DNA of 64,000 bases from Promethearchaeota archaeon (GCA_048938005.1 JBHLMQ010000006.1:32001-96000), one strand, 5' to 3'; counted from the stretch's first letter, positions 51,147 through 61,454 are shown. A program made the numbers and translations. Notes: generated by a model from the letters alone, not told the origin.

Positions 51147-51356
51147 ATGAGTATTCTGAACCCGGATTTCTTATTAAAGTTTGGCGAGATAAAATTCGCG
51201 GAAGAAAATAGTATTCTTATTAATGATTTTGAGCTTTCTTTAAAGAAATATTTATCGACCCGCGATAAAATTCCACGAGGACGTTATAAGTTCGGTGAAA
51301 TTGACAATTCTGCTGTAAAGGATTTTACACGTTCATTTTTGAGTTATTTTGAATAA
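51147..51356 (+). CDS. Small hypothetical protein
   Basis: AGGTGA SD 8 nt before ATG; T-rich tract after stop. Confidence 0.65.
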   Translation: MSILNPDFLLKFGEIKFAEENSILINDFELSLKKYLSTRDKIPRGRYKFGEIDNSAVKDFTRSFLSYFE

Positions 51357-51435
51357 ATTTTTAATATTATTTTTTAACCAACTTAAATAATATTTTTCTT
51401 GTTTTTATTTACTTATTTCTGATATTGAAAACATT

Positions 51436-51461
51436 AATTTAAAGAATGAATTCTTTAAATT
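51436..51461. promoter_or_regulatory. Inverted repeat AATTTAAAGAAT-GA-ATTCTTTAAATT
   Basis: Perfect 12-bp arms about 40 bp upstream of the hydrolase. Confidence 0.5.
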
Positions 51462-51503
51462 TATAATTACTTTTCTAAAAAATATATTATCAGGTAAATT
51501 TAA

Positions 51504-52340
51504 ATGGAATATATGAATGAAATAGAAGAAGTTTTTATTGAAACCAATGGAATTAAACTTCATACTATCATTGTTGGATCTGGAGAACCCTTAATCTTAC
51601 TACATGGCTTTCCAGAGTTTTGGTATTGTTGGTCAAAAGTAATCCCCTTCCTTAAAGACGACTTTAAATTGATAATCCCCGATATGAGAGGGTATAATTT
51701 ATCTGAAAAACCTGAAAGCGTTGAAAATTATAAGGTAGAAATTCTAATAGAAGATATTAAAGGATTGAGTGAATCATTGAAATTAGGAAAGTTCAATCTT
51801 GCGGGACATGATTGGGGAGGTACTGTAGCATGGATATTTGCCGAAAAATATCCTGATCTATTAAATAAGTTAATTATATTGAATGCTCCACACCATAAAA
51901 TTTTTCAACATTTATTAAGAACTAATAAAGAGCAGCAAGAAGCAAGTTACTATATTTTTAAGTTTTTAAAGCCAAATGGAGAGAAGTTCATAATTGAGAA
52001 TGACTATGAAGCACTGAAAGAAGTAGTATTTACAGAAAGCTTTACTGAGTTTGATAAAGAAAAATACCTTGAAGCGTGGTCTAAACCTGGGGCAATACTG
52101 GGAGGAGTGAATTATTACAGGGCAAATACAAGCTTTAAGCAATGGACAGGTATCATTGAGACACCTACATTAATACTTTGGGGAATGAATGACATTGCTT
52201 TAAAACCTCAATTATTAGATGGATTGTCCGATTATGTTAAAGATTTAAGAATAGAACGTAATGAAGAATCTTCTCATTGGATTACTCACGACGCTCCTAA
52301 ATTTGTCTCTTCAAAAATCCGGGAATTCATTCAAAATTAA
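51504..52340 (+). CDS. Alpha/beta hydrolase, epoxide hydrolase-like
   Basis: HGFPEFWY.W, D.RGY..S, GHDWGG, NYYRA, SHW. Confidence 0.92.
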   Translation: MEYMNEIEEVFIETNGIKLHTIIVGSGEPLILLHGFPEFWYCWSKVIPFLKDDFKLIIPDMRGYNLSEKPESVENYKVEILIEDIKGLSESLKLGKFNLAGHDWGGTVAWIFAEKYPDLLNKLIILNAPHHKIFQHLLRTNKEQQEASYYIFKFLKPNGEKFIIENDYEALKEVVFTESFTEFDKEKYLEAWSKPGAILGGVNYYRANTSFKQWTGIIETPTLILWGMNDIALKPQLLDGLSDYVKDLRIERNEESSHWITHDAPKFVSSKIREFIQN

Positions 52341-52560
52341 TTATCTTTAGGGAAAACCTTTTTATTTTTATTTAAAATATTTTTCATACAAAATCTTTGT
52401 AAGATGGCAAAATATATGAGAAGATAACCTGACATTGGATATTATAGAATGAAATCAATAAATTTATAAGTTTCATTTATTGGTTACAATATAATAAGCT
52501 TTGAAAAAATTTTAATTCTTATTTTGAATTCTATCAATTAGATAAAAAAACATATTAAAA

Positions 52561-53028
52561 ATGGAAGAAGACAATAAACAATTCTCTTGGACGACAAAAC
52601 TCGATTGGTTAAATATTTTATCAAAGCTTAACCTAGGGAGTATTAGCCAGATTCCAGAATTCAAAAGGGATAAAGCACTCAGAAGAATTACTAAGTTCTA
52701 TGGTACAGAAGCACTTATGGAATTTGAACCAAATTATTTAGATAAACTTGTTGTAAATGAATTAAAAGAATTAATGAAAAAAGAATTACTACTAAATGTG
52801 AGAAAACAAGAAAGAATAGAAAAAGACATTCGGAATAAAATAATCCCAATGAAAAGGGGTGGTATTATTAGGCTTGATCCTAATGATCTTAAAGACTTTA
52901 AAGGAGATCCTGAGGAAATTCAGGATATGTTGAAATATTTCTATAAAAAGTTCCTAGGAAAGGACGATGATGATAATGATGACGAAAGGGATAATTACAA
53001 GGAAGATAATACAGGATATTACATTTAA
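52561..53028 (+). CDS. Hypothetical protein with acidic C-terminal tail
   Basis: 155-aa ORF filling the gap; DDDDNDDER...GYYI tail. Confidence 0.75.
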   Translation: MEEDNKQFSWTTKLDWLNILSKLNLGSISQIPEFKRDKALRRITKFYGTEALMEFEPNYLDKLVVNELKELMKKELLLNVRKQERIEKDIRNKIIPMKRGGIIRLDPNDLKDFKGDPEEIQDMLKYFYKKFLGKDDDDNDDERDNYKEDNTGYYI

Positions 53029-53070
53029 AAAACTTACTTCTTAAAGTTAATAAAAAATTAATAAAAAAAA

Positions 53071-54675
53071 TTAATATATTTTACGATTTAACAGCTTTAA
53101 ATCTACTCGTTTTATCTTTCTATAACTAAAAAAGAAAATTAGATAAATAAATCCCGACCAAATCATCCACGATAAAACTTGGTATACATCCATGTTTAAA
53201 ATATAATTAATAAAATCCTCCAAAACATAAAATCCAAAATCATTCAAATCGCTAGGAAAGTCTACTATTTTTGGATTCAGATCAATCGCAATAACTTCAT
53301 GTGTATTATTTTTTAAAGTTTCAAATACGTTAGCTATAGTTAGATTTGTTGGATCAGCTAACCTCACTTTAATAAATGTATTTAAATCCTCATTTGAATG
53401 AATATCACTACCTCCTATACATGTTAGATTATTATTTAAACAATAAGTCCTTATTTGTTGATATTTAGTACTATAACTACCGCCATTTACAATTTCAAAT
53501 CCATCAATACCCCAATCTCTTAATTGACTTAGATTATATGGAATCCCATATCCTCCATGTGGATTTGGATCATAATTATAATGATTTACAGTTATATATC
53601 CTCCCTGTGATTTCACATAAGCTATCAAATCAGACGCGTTCATCGCAACCGGTCCTCCAGGAGTATAAGATTCAAGTGGTACAATTTCTTCAGCAATCCC
53701 AAAATAATTCATATGAATATCATTCTCGTGATCTGTCCATTCTTCTGCTATGAACACAACAAAATTCAATCCATGTTGAGCTACATAATTTTGAGCCATT
53801 GTAGCACCTCTTATATTATCATGGTCAGAAAAAGCAGCCCCTGATATGCCTTGTTGGATGTACCAATGAATTCTTTCTTCAACTGTTAACCATCCATCTG
53901 AAAATGTAGTATGAACATGAAAATCGAATAAAAATTCATCATCATCGAGTGGTCCTATAGGAACTATTTCGTGGGGTGTAAAAGGAGTAGAGATTAAAAC
54001 GATATTACTGCAAATTAGTAAAGCACCAATTCCAAAGTAAAAAATTGTTTCTCGCATTACTCGCTTTTTTACTTTCTTTCTTGTTTTTCGGAATAAGGAT
54101 TTCTTAGATAAGTTAAGTGTAAGGTTTGGATGCAATAATTTGATAATAGTATAAGCTACTTTTATGAAAATGAGAATAAGGCTAATATGAAATCCTAATT
54201 GAATAGGCACCATAAAATTTCTACTTACAAAGAAATAACCTTGAAAAGCATAACCAATAAGAATGTATATTCCAATTATCAAAACAGCTAGCATCAACAC
54301 TTTAAAAGAAAAAGAAATGATATCTGCTAAGGGGTAAGTGATATATCTATATTTCTCTGAATTAAACTTACCCCTTCTTTTTAAGTATAAATAAATTCCT
54401 CTTAGAATCGGATAAAAAATCAAAAAAAGATACATCCATGTAAATTCATACTCTAAAACATAGGCAATTGCATAAAAAGGCTCTATAAAATATCTTTGCA
54501 CTGGCAATTCACTTGAAAATTCTGACGAAACATCGACTTGTCCAAGAGCATCATAGAATATTACCGTTCTTTGACCAATGATTGATAAAACAACGAGGAA
54601 AACAAGCCATACTAAGAAAGCAACAGAAATAATCGTGAAAAATTTATTATTTTTTATTAAAGATCGAATCTTCAT
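53071..54675 (-). CDS. Membrane-bound PHP-domain phosphoesterase
   Basis: DFHVHTTFSDG, SDHD, NH, GGSDIH; about five N-terminal and one C-terminal TM. Confidence 0.88.
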   Translation of the reverse strand: MKIRSLIKNNKFFTIISVAFLVWLVFLVVLSIIGQRTVIFYDALGQVDVSSEFSSELPVQRYFIEPFYAIAYVLEYEFTWMYLFLIFYPILRGIYLYLKRRGKFNSEKYRYITYPLADIISFSFKVLMLAVLIIGIYILIGYAFQGYFFVSRNFMVPIQLGFHISLILIFIKVAYTIIKLLHPNLTLNLSKKSLFRKTRKKVKKRVMRETIFYFGIGALLICSNIVLISTPFTPHEIVPIGPLDDDEFLFDFHVHTTFSDGWLTVEERIHWYIQQGISGAAFSDHDNIRGATMAQNYVAQHGLNFVVFIAEEWTDHENDIHMNYFGIAEEIVPLESYTPGGPVAMNASDLIAYVKSQGGYITVNHYNYDPNPHGGYGIPYNLSQLRDWGIDGFEIVNGGSYSTKYQQIRTYCLNNNLTCIGGSDIHSNEDLNTFIKVRLADPTNLTIANVFETLKNNTHEVIAIDLNPKIVDFPSDLNDFGFYVLEDFINYILNMDVYQVLSWMIWSGFIYLIFFFSYRKIKRVDLKLLNRKIY

Positions 54676-54732
54676 AATAACTATTTTTATTGAACTTATT
54701 AATAAACTTTAAAACAAAGTCAACTGAGGTAA

Positions 54733-55950
54733 CTAATCTAATGGAGCTACTATATAATTGTCTAATGTTGTTAACGAAGACTCAAATTTTTGGTAAATTT
54801 TAATATCTATAATAGGGAATGTATTACAAAGTTTTCTTCTTAAATCTTTTTCGTTAATCTTGCATGATTTAGAAGGTTTTTTACCTTTTAGAATCAGATA
54901 TAATACTGGCATTTGAGGGTTAGATGGATGAAGATCATAATTCAGATAATTTATTGAGGATGATAATTTTTCATTTAAATATGGTTCAATATCATTCTTA
55001 TTTCTTATTTCAAAATTGAAATTAATTGTTACCCAGAGATATTTTCGATTAATTAAACGAATTTTTTTAACTTGTTTTACGAATTTTTCAAATTTTTTTG
55101 AAATTTCTACTAAAAAAATACCTCTTTTAAAGGAATTATCTATGGAACATACAGCCTCTGAAGATCCTGGGTTATATATCCAATCTTCAAGAACAAATTG
55201 TTTATGGAAATGACCTAAAGCTAAATAATCAACCCGATGTCGTAAGGGGTGGATATCTTCTAATTTGATGCCGGAAACATTTTCCATTTGACCTTCGATG
55301 CCAAAATGCTGTAAAAGAATGTTAAATAGACCATTATCCTTTATTATCGCCTTTCTTATTCTTGAAAGATAAGAAATTGGCTGTTCACCAAGATAGCGAG
55401 TACCATAAATCATTACATTTTTAACTTGTATTTTACCCCCTTTTTTTGTATTAAAACAAAAAGGCTTAAACATCTCTTCAGAAGGCGCTTCTAAATCAGC
55501 ATCAAGAAGGATTATCAATCCTAAACTATTTAAAAGTTTTAACCATGACTGACCTCGTCTTTCGAATCTAACTCCTCTTGAAAATTTACGGATATCATGA
55601 TTACCCTCTATTGCTATGATTAAAATAGTTCCATTTGTAAATTCTTTGAAATCCTTCAATATATTAACAATTTTAGTTAATTTTCCTGGTAAGATTTCTA
55701 ATGAAGTAAATACATCTCCACCTAATAAAATAAAATCAACATGATGCTTAATTGCTAATTCTAATATTTCTTGGAAAGCTTGAATAAAATCATTTGATCT
55801 ATAATCGTTGCGATATTGAGCAGCGCCGAGATGTATATCACTGGCATGAATAAATTTAACCGAATCATGGTTTGTATATTTTAGAACTATTGAATTTCCT
55901 AATTTCGTTTCAAAACAGTTCTCGATTGTCATAAATAAAAAATGGTTCAA
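54733..55950 (-). CDS. Mre11/SbcD-like metallophosphoesterase nuclease
   Basis: HASDIHLG, GGDVF, GNHD, ALGHFH, YNPGS. Confidence 0.88.
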   Translation of the reverse strand: MNHFLFMTIENCFETKLGNSIVLKYTNHDSVKFIHASDIHLGAAQYRNDYRSNDFIQAFQEILELAIKHHVDFILLGGDVFTSLEILPGKLTKIVNILKDFKEFTNGTILIIAIEGNHDIRKFSRGVRFERRGQSWLKLLNSLGLIILLDADLEAPSEEMFKPFCFNTKKGGKIQVKNVMIYGTRYLGEQPISYLSRIRKAIIKDNGLFNILLQHFGIEGQMENVSGIKLEDIHPLRHRVDYLALGHFHKQFVLEDWIYNPGSSEAVCSIDNSFKRGIFLVEISKKFEKFVKQVKKIRLINRKYLWVTINFNFEIRNKNDIEPYLNEKLSSSINYLNYDLHPSNPQMPVLYLILKGKKPSKSCKINEKDLRRKLCNTFPIIDIKIYQKFESSLTTLDNYIVAPLD

Positions 55951-56108
55951 TTTTTTATGTACAATTAATAATTATATCAGAACCAGCTTTTTAAGTAATA
56001 AAAGTCTAAAAAAGTAGTGAAGAGTAAGTAACTGAAATTACAAACAAAATTATTATTATTTTTAAAATTATTCGACTTACTATAATCTAAATCTATTTGA
56101 AAATCAAA

Positions 56109-56684
56109 ATGGAAAGTGAAGAATCTAAGTACGAAATTGGTGTGATTCATGGAAGATTCCAAGTTTTGCATAATGACCATATAAAATATCTTCTAGCGGG
56201 TAAAAAATTATGCAACCATCTTATAGTGGGTATTACAAATCCAGATCCTTCCTTAACAAGAGATTCAGAAGCAAATCCTCATAGGAGTACTCCCATAGCG
56301 AATCCATTAACTTATTATGAACGTTATATAATGGTACAAGATGCACTAATAGAGCAAGGTTTAAAATTTCCGGAGTTTTCCATTGTGCCATTCCCAATAA
56401 ATATTCCAGACCTTATTAAATATTATGTCCCAATCAACGCTATTTTCTTTCTAACTATATATGATGATTGGGGTCGTCTAAAAAAGAATTTTTTAGAATC
56501 ATTAGGGTTGAAAATTCATGTTCTATGGGAAGTAACTCTCGAGAATAAAGGACTTAGCTCAAGTGATATTCGTGAAGCCATGATTCAAGGTAAACAATGG
56601 GAACAGTTCGTACCAATAAGTGTGGCAAGACTTATGAAAGAATGGAATATAATTACTCGTCTTAAAAAATTAAGTCGATTATAA
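56109..56684 (+). CDS. Nicotinamide/nicotinate-nucleotide adenylyltransferase (NadM-like)
   Basis: HGRFQVLHNDH, NPLTYYER, SSSDIR. Confidence 0.85.
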   Translation: MESEESKYEIGVIHGRFQVLHNDHIKYLLAGKKLCNHLIVGITNPDPSLTRDSEANPHRSTPIANPLTYYERYIMVQDALIEQGLKFPEFSIVPFPINIPDLIKYYVPINAIFFLTIYDDWGRLKKNFLESLGLKIHVLWEVTLENKGLSSSDIREAMIQGKQWEQFVPISVARLMKEWNIITRLKKLSRL

Positions 56685-56795
56685 ACATAAAAATTATACT
56701 AAGATTAATTTGTTTAATTTATAACCAAATCTGAATATTAACAAATAATTATTAATATTAATTGAACCATATAAAAATTAAATTAAACGTTACTG

Positions 56796-57530
56796 GTGGT
56801 ATCAATAGTTTTATTTCAGAATCCTATTACACGAATTATATTAGTTTACGTAATTCAAGGAATTATGCTGATTTTTTTTTCCTCACTGGCTTACCAAATA
56901 GTAAGAAGAAGAAGACAACGCTTAAATCTAATATTTAGTGGATTCTTTATAAGTATGATTATTGCTTTTATTCTCAATATGATTTATTTCGTTATCAACG
57001 TCGAATATGAGGAAATCGTTATATTTCTTCATTTTTTATCTTGGTTCTTTGTAACTTTTGGATTAATTTTTATTTTAATTGTAAATATGATAATATTAGA
57101 ATCAACTATTATCTTCTCAGTAAAAAGGCAAAATAGATATATTTTATTATTTGGACTATTACATTTCTTTGGGATGTTAATAATTTTATTAGTTTCCAAC
57201 GGAGTTTCGATAAATCCACAAGGATATCCAGTTTGGAAACTGCAATTTTTTATTTATATGGCGTCAATCGTAACTGTGTTTGAAATTATTCCAATAATTT
57301 ATACTATGTGGAAAATATATATTAGCTTTGAAACCAAAGAATTGAAGAGGAGATGGCTCTATTATTTAATAGGCTCATTAGGCTTAATTATTTGTAATTT
57401 ATATTCGATAATGATATCACATTTATTGAATATTGCTGAATTTAGGGATTTTATAATGATATTAGGGGTTTCAGTTCTATTATGGGTTTCTTTGATGTAT
57501 TATGGAATTGGTGCGAAATTAAAAAAATAA
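56796..57530 (+). CDS. Stand-alone seven-TM protein
   Basis: Seven hydrophobic segments, longer loop between TM4 and TM5, no soluble output domain. Confidence 0.75.
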   Translation: MVSIVLFQNPITRIILVYVIQGIMLIFFSSLAYQIVRRRRQRLNLIFSGFFISMIIAFILNMIYFVINVEYEEIVIFLHFLSWFFVTFGLIFILIVNMIILESTIIFSVKRQNRYILLFGLLHFFGMLIILLVSNGVSINPQGYPVWKLQFFIYMASIVTVFEIIPIIYTMWKIYISFETKELKRRWLYYLIGSLGLIICNLYSIMISHLLNIAEFRDFIMILGVSVLLWVSLMYYGIGAKLKK

Positions 57531-57686
57531 AAGGTTCCCCTGTGTTTATTAAAATAAATAGTATATATACTAATTAATGTTTCACGATCTTTTTATTTAT
57601 TTCATGTAAAAGAATCGAAAACCTTATAAAGACTTATATGAAGTATTAATTAGTATTTAAAGAATTCATCACTCCACAAATTTACT

Positions 57687-58781
57687 ATGCAAACTGCCAG
57701 CAAAAAGTATATATTAACACAAGAGGATAAACTCTATTTTCAAAAATTTGTAGCTAAAGATGGAGAAGAATATGGATTAAGATTTGGAAATCCTAATGAT
57801 GCGATAACTATTTCTAGGATCTTCAAAGAAATTTATGGTTTTGAATATGTTAATCCCATAGTATACAATATCAATCTTTTAAAAAGAGAGTTATCAAAAA
57901 AAAATAATCTGTGGTTTATTGGTGAATCAATAAAAAATAATGAAATTGCTGGAGCGGGATTAATAGAAGTTGATAGATACATTGCACATGCCAGTAAAGC
58001 TGTAACTAAGAAAAAATATCAAGGTCAAGGAATCACAACAAAAATAGGAGCTGCGGGTATTTTAACAGTAACAAAAATGCCTCAATTTGATAATGTGTTA
58101 AGACTTGATTCTGATGTAAGAAGCTCTTCGATTCGATCTCAAAAACTTATCGAAAATGCTGGGGCTGTGCCTTATGGTTTAATTCCTGCATATAACAATT
58201 TTGGAGATAAAAGACATTATAATTTGGATGAAAATAAGCCGTTTCCTCCACAAACAGAAGAAGGAGCATTCCTATATTCCATTTTATTTAAAAATTTATG
58301 GAATAAAAGAGATAAAAATGTCTATTTATTAAATAATGAGGACGTTATCTTTTTCTATGAATTTATTAAAAAAATATCAAAAAAAATGAATAATGATATC
58401 TTAATACTTGAAAATGGTATAAAAAATAAAGGTTATGAATTGTATGGTGTTTCTAAGGAACCATACAACGGGATTGTGAAACTATACGGCTATATTAAAG
58501 AAAAATCTTTAAACAATCTACTAAAAACGTATCGTGACTGGCGAATTATTCTATGGAGAATCCCAACAATTAAAAATGGAATTTCTTCAATGTGTCTTGC
58601 TTTAAGTAAAGGGTTTAAGATAGTTGGTTATGATATTGGCTTTAATAATATAAATTGGACATTATATGATTCGGTTATTTTTGCATATTATCCTAAATGT
58701 AATTATGGATGTTTAGAAGTAAACTGCACTAATACTCCCAAACCATTAGTAAAAAAGATAAAGGAATCATTTAGGTCTTAA
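57687..58781 (+). CDS. GNAT-family acetyltransferase
   Basis: YQGQGI acetyl-CoA motif, SQKL.E..G. Confidence 0.75.
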   Translation: MQTASKKYILTQEDKLYFQKFVAKDGEEYGLRFGNPNDAITISRIFKEIYGFEYVNPIVYNINLLKRELSKKNNLWFIGESIKNNEIAGAGLIEVDRYIAHASKAVTKKKYQGQGITTKIGAAGILTVTKMPQFDNVLRLDSDVRSSSIRSQKLIENAGAVPYGLIPAYNNFGDKRHYNLDENKPFPPQTEEGAFLYSILFKNLWNKRDKNVYLLNNEDVIFFYEFIKKISKKMNNDILILENGIKNKGYELYGVSKEPYNGIVKLYGYIKEKSLNNLLKTYRDWRIILWRIPTIKNGISSMCLALSKGFKIVGYDIGFNNINWTLYDSVIFAYYPKCNYGCLEVNCTNTPKPLVKKIKESFRS

Positions 58782-58815
58782 AAAATTTAATCTGGTTATC
58801 CGTTATCACTTTCAA

Positions 58816-59271
58816 TTATGTTAATAAAGATACTACTTTTTCTTCCAAAGTTTGTGTACCAGTTCCGAAGATTTTATTAATTATTATCTTAAAAGGCTCA
58901 AACTGACCAATTTTCGTAAGATTACAGCCATCATATTGAGAGATAAATCTTTTTAATAATTTTTCCAATAAGGGTAAAATAGTTTTATGTAAATATTTCT
59001 CAAGTCTATAATCCTTATCCAAAACTATGAAAGCTACGATCTCTTGTACATCCCTATATAAGTCTTTTATCGAACCTTTCTTAAAAATTATGGAATATTT
59101 ATCACTTTCAAAATATTCTACTGGTTCCATTAAGCATTCAGCAAAGGATAAGAGTCCACTCATTAGCCCGCTTGAACAAACTAAATTTGTCTTTTGTTTA
59201 CTAGCCCTATGATAGCTAGTGAAGATAATGGGAATTCCATGGAAGAGTATACCAGCTTCTCGAATCAACAT
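58816..59271 (-). CDS. Longin-like (profilin/roadblock-type fold) protein
   Basis: I...GIPI...Y, SGLMSGLLSFA, LLKRF...Y...F..F pattern. Confidence 0.65.
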   Translation of the reverse strand: MLIREAGILFHGIPIIFTSYHRASKQKTNLVCSSGLMSGLLSFAECLMEPVEYFESDKYSIIFKKGSIKDLYRDVQEIVAFIVLDKDYRLEKYLHKTILPLLEKLLKRFISQYDGCNLTKIGQFEPFKIIINKIFGTGTQTLEEKVVSLLT

Positions 59272-59527
59272 AGTGAACTATGACGTAAATTAAACCAAAT
59301 CGCTATTATAATATATTCTTATAAGAATATTCCTAATACACGACGAAACTCATATATTTAAATCTAATTGTTTGTGGTAATATTCCGTCGCAATAGTACG
59401 ACATTATTGTAAAAGAGAATTTTGTCGAAGAAATAATCTTAATTTATACAATATTAATTGTTTTACCAAAAATACAAGTATGAAAAAAAGTAGAGGTAAG
59501 GATATTTAAATCTAATTCCATATAAAT

Positions 59528-60742
59528 TTAATTCATTGTATTACTATCTAAATCTGTATCTAACTTGTTTAATGCATGGTGGCATATCTCTATACAACCA
59601 TTAAGATTTTTTGACAAGCACTTTTCTGGTGTATCGGTTGAACTATGGATAAATTTTGAATCCTTTTTTGAATTAAACCAACAAACTTGTAATTCTTTTT
59701 TTAGTTTTTTAGCAAAAAATTTAAATATTATATGGTCACTCAAAAATGATATTGATTTTGTTTCCTTTATCAAAGAAATCTCTTTCTCTCTTGCGATATC
59801 TTCTAAAATATTATTTAGACTTTTATTTAAGATAGTTTTTTTAAAAATTCCAACTTTATCAATCAATCCAATATAAGATCCAACCATATCGATATTTATA
59901 TTATAAGATTTATTGAGGTTATAATTCTTATCTAACCACTCAAAATTTCTGGCACAATAATTTTTTGTGCCCCATAACCCAAACTCTTCAGCACCAGCCC
60001 ATAAAAAGATTAAATCTATATTATTAAGCGGGTTGGTATGAAAAATTTTTGCTAACTCGATTAATATGGCTGTACCACTGGCATTATCAATTGAACCATT
60101 TGATTTATTATTAATTCTAATACTAAGGAAAAATCCTAAAAAGACTAAAAATGTTATACAACTCAGTAATTTAGCAATAAAATGAAGATCTATGATATAA
60201 CTTATTGGAAAATAAATGGAAAAATAAGAAACATAAATTAAAAACATGTATTTTAAGAACCTTTCAGGATAATTAAAACAAGCGGAATCATAATGGGCAG
60301 AAAAAATAGCAACTGGTCCTTCCATAAAATTTGTTTTAGCCTTAACCTTAGTAAGAATATTTTGTGAACAAAATTGCTTTTTAAATGATCTTACTCTGCC
60401 TAAATTTGATTTATAGTCTATAAAATCTATAATGTTTTTTATGAAATAAATTACTATTAACATGAATATTAACTTAAAAAACTCAAATCCCCCAACGAGA
60501 ATACTGCTTAAAACGGCAATAAACATTAAAAAATTAACACTTAAAAAACATACCCATAAATTACGCAAAAATGGGGGCCATAAAAAATATTCTGTTTCAA
60601 ATTTTATACTTTCTTCTTTTAACATATCTTTTATATAGTTAATAGTCTTTAATTCTCCTTTAGTTCCTGCCTTTCGCCCAAATGCTAGAGATTTTACATG
60701 ATTGAGTGCTGCTTGTTTGTTATATAAAGATGAAGATGAAAT
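59528..60742 (-). CDS. Membrane-associated M28 peptidase; probable ATT start
   Basis: SAHYDS, DNASG, GAEEFGL.G, NIDMVG, SDH, HS..D; N-terminal FGRKAGTKGE lies above ATG 60625. Confidence 0.88.
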   Translation of the reverse strand: MSSSSLYNKQAALNHVKSLAFGRKAGTKGELKTINYIKDMLKEESIKFETEYFLWPPFLRNLWVCFLSVNFLMFIAVLSSILVGGFEFFKLIFMLIVIYFIKNIIDFIDYKSNLGRVRSFKKQFCSQNILTKVKAKTNFMEGPVAIFSAHYDSACFNYPERFLKYMFLIYVSYFSIYFPISYIIDLHFIAKLLSCITFLVFLGFFLSIRINNKSNGSIDNASGTAILIELAKIFHTNPLNNIDLIFLWAGAEEFGLWGTKNYCARNFEWLDKNYNLNKSYNINIDMVGSYIGLIDKVGIFKKTILNKSLNNILEDIAREKEISLIKETKSISFLSDHIIFKFFAKKLKKELQVCWFNSKKDSKFIHSSTDTPEKCLSKNLNGCIEICHHALNKLDTDLDSNTMN

Positions 60743-60937
60743 ATTGTATCATCTCTACATTATAAATTTCGAATAAAATATTTTGTTTCGAACTACTTTA
60801 AGAAGAAATTATTATTATAAGTTCGTAAAATTTATTGTATAAGATAATTTTCGAAGGAATAAGGCAATCTCCTAATTTTACCTTGATAATTAAAAAAAAA
60901 ATAATTAAAATTTCGAAATTTTTATATGTTATATTTA

Positions 60938-61258
60938 TTATTCAGGCATTTTCATTCCTATTGTTGCCAAGGCTTCTCCTGGTTCTAACCAAACCTCATA
61001 TGAATATTCAAACCCCTCGATTTCATTGTACATAGCTAAAATCTCATTACCGCGAGTTAGAGCTTCTTCGAGTTTCCCTTTATTTACTCGGGATATAGTA
61101 ACAACTTTTATTCCAAATGTTGTCGTTTTAACAGCAGCATTTACAAGAGTCTCTCCTAATGATTCATCATCAGGATATTTACTTAATTGCTCTAGAAACT
61201 TTTTTGCTGCCTCGGGTGCTTTATGGCTTGGAAAGATAGCAGTTGTAAAGGTATACAT
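60938..61258 (-). CDS. Small alpha/beta hypothetical protein
   Basis: 106-aa ORF with GAGGTGG SD. Confidence 0.8.
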   Translation of the reverse strand: MYTFTTAIFPSHKAPEAAKKFLEQLSKYPDDESLGETLVNAAVKTTTFGIKVVTISRVNKGKLEEALTRGNEILAMYNEIEGFEYSYEVWLEPGEALATIGMKMPE

Positions 61259-61454
61259 ATTTTACCACCTCTATTATTATTTTATTTTTAAATAACATTA
61301 GATTTTAAGGCAAACGTTAAATTATTTCCGTGATATAAAAATCTTTACATTTTTAGCAAAAATGAAGAAATGGAATGTCATTTAAAAACAAAAAGAAACC
61401 GATCTAAAATGAAAGATATAGCTCTAGTTGATAAATCATTAATCATAACTCTAT

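Noticed and set aside
60835-61295. Plus-strand ORFs 60835..61035 and 61026..61295
   Set aside because: Overlap the SD-supported minus-strand gene and have no protein-like motifs
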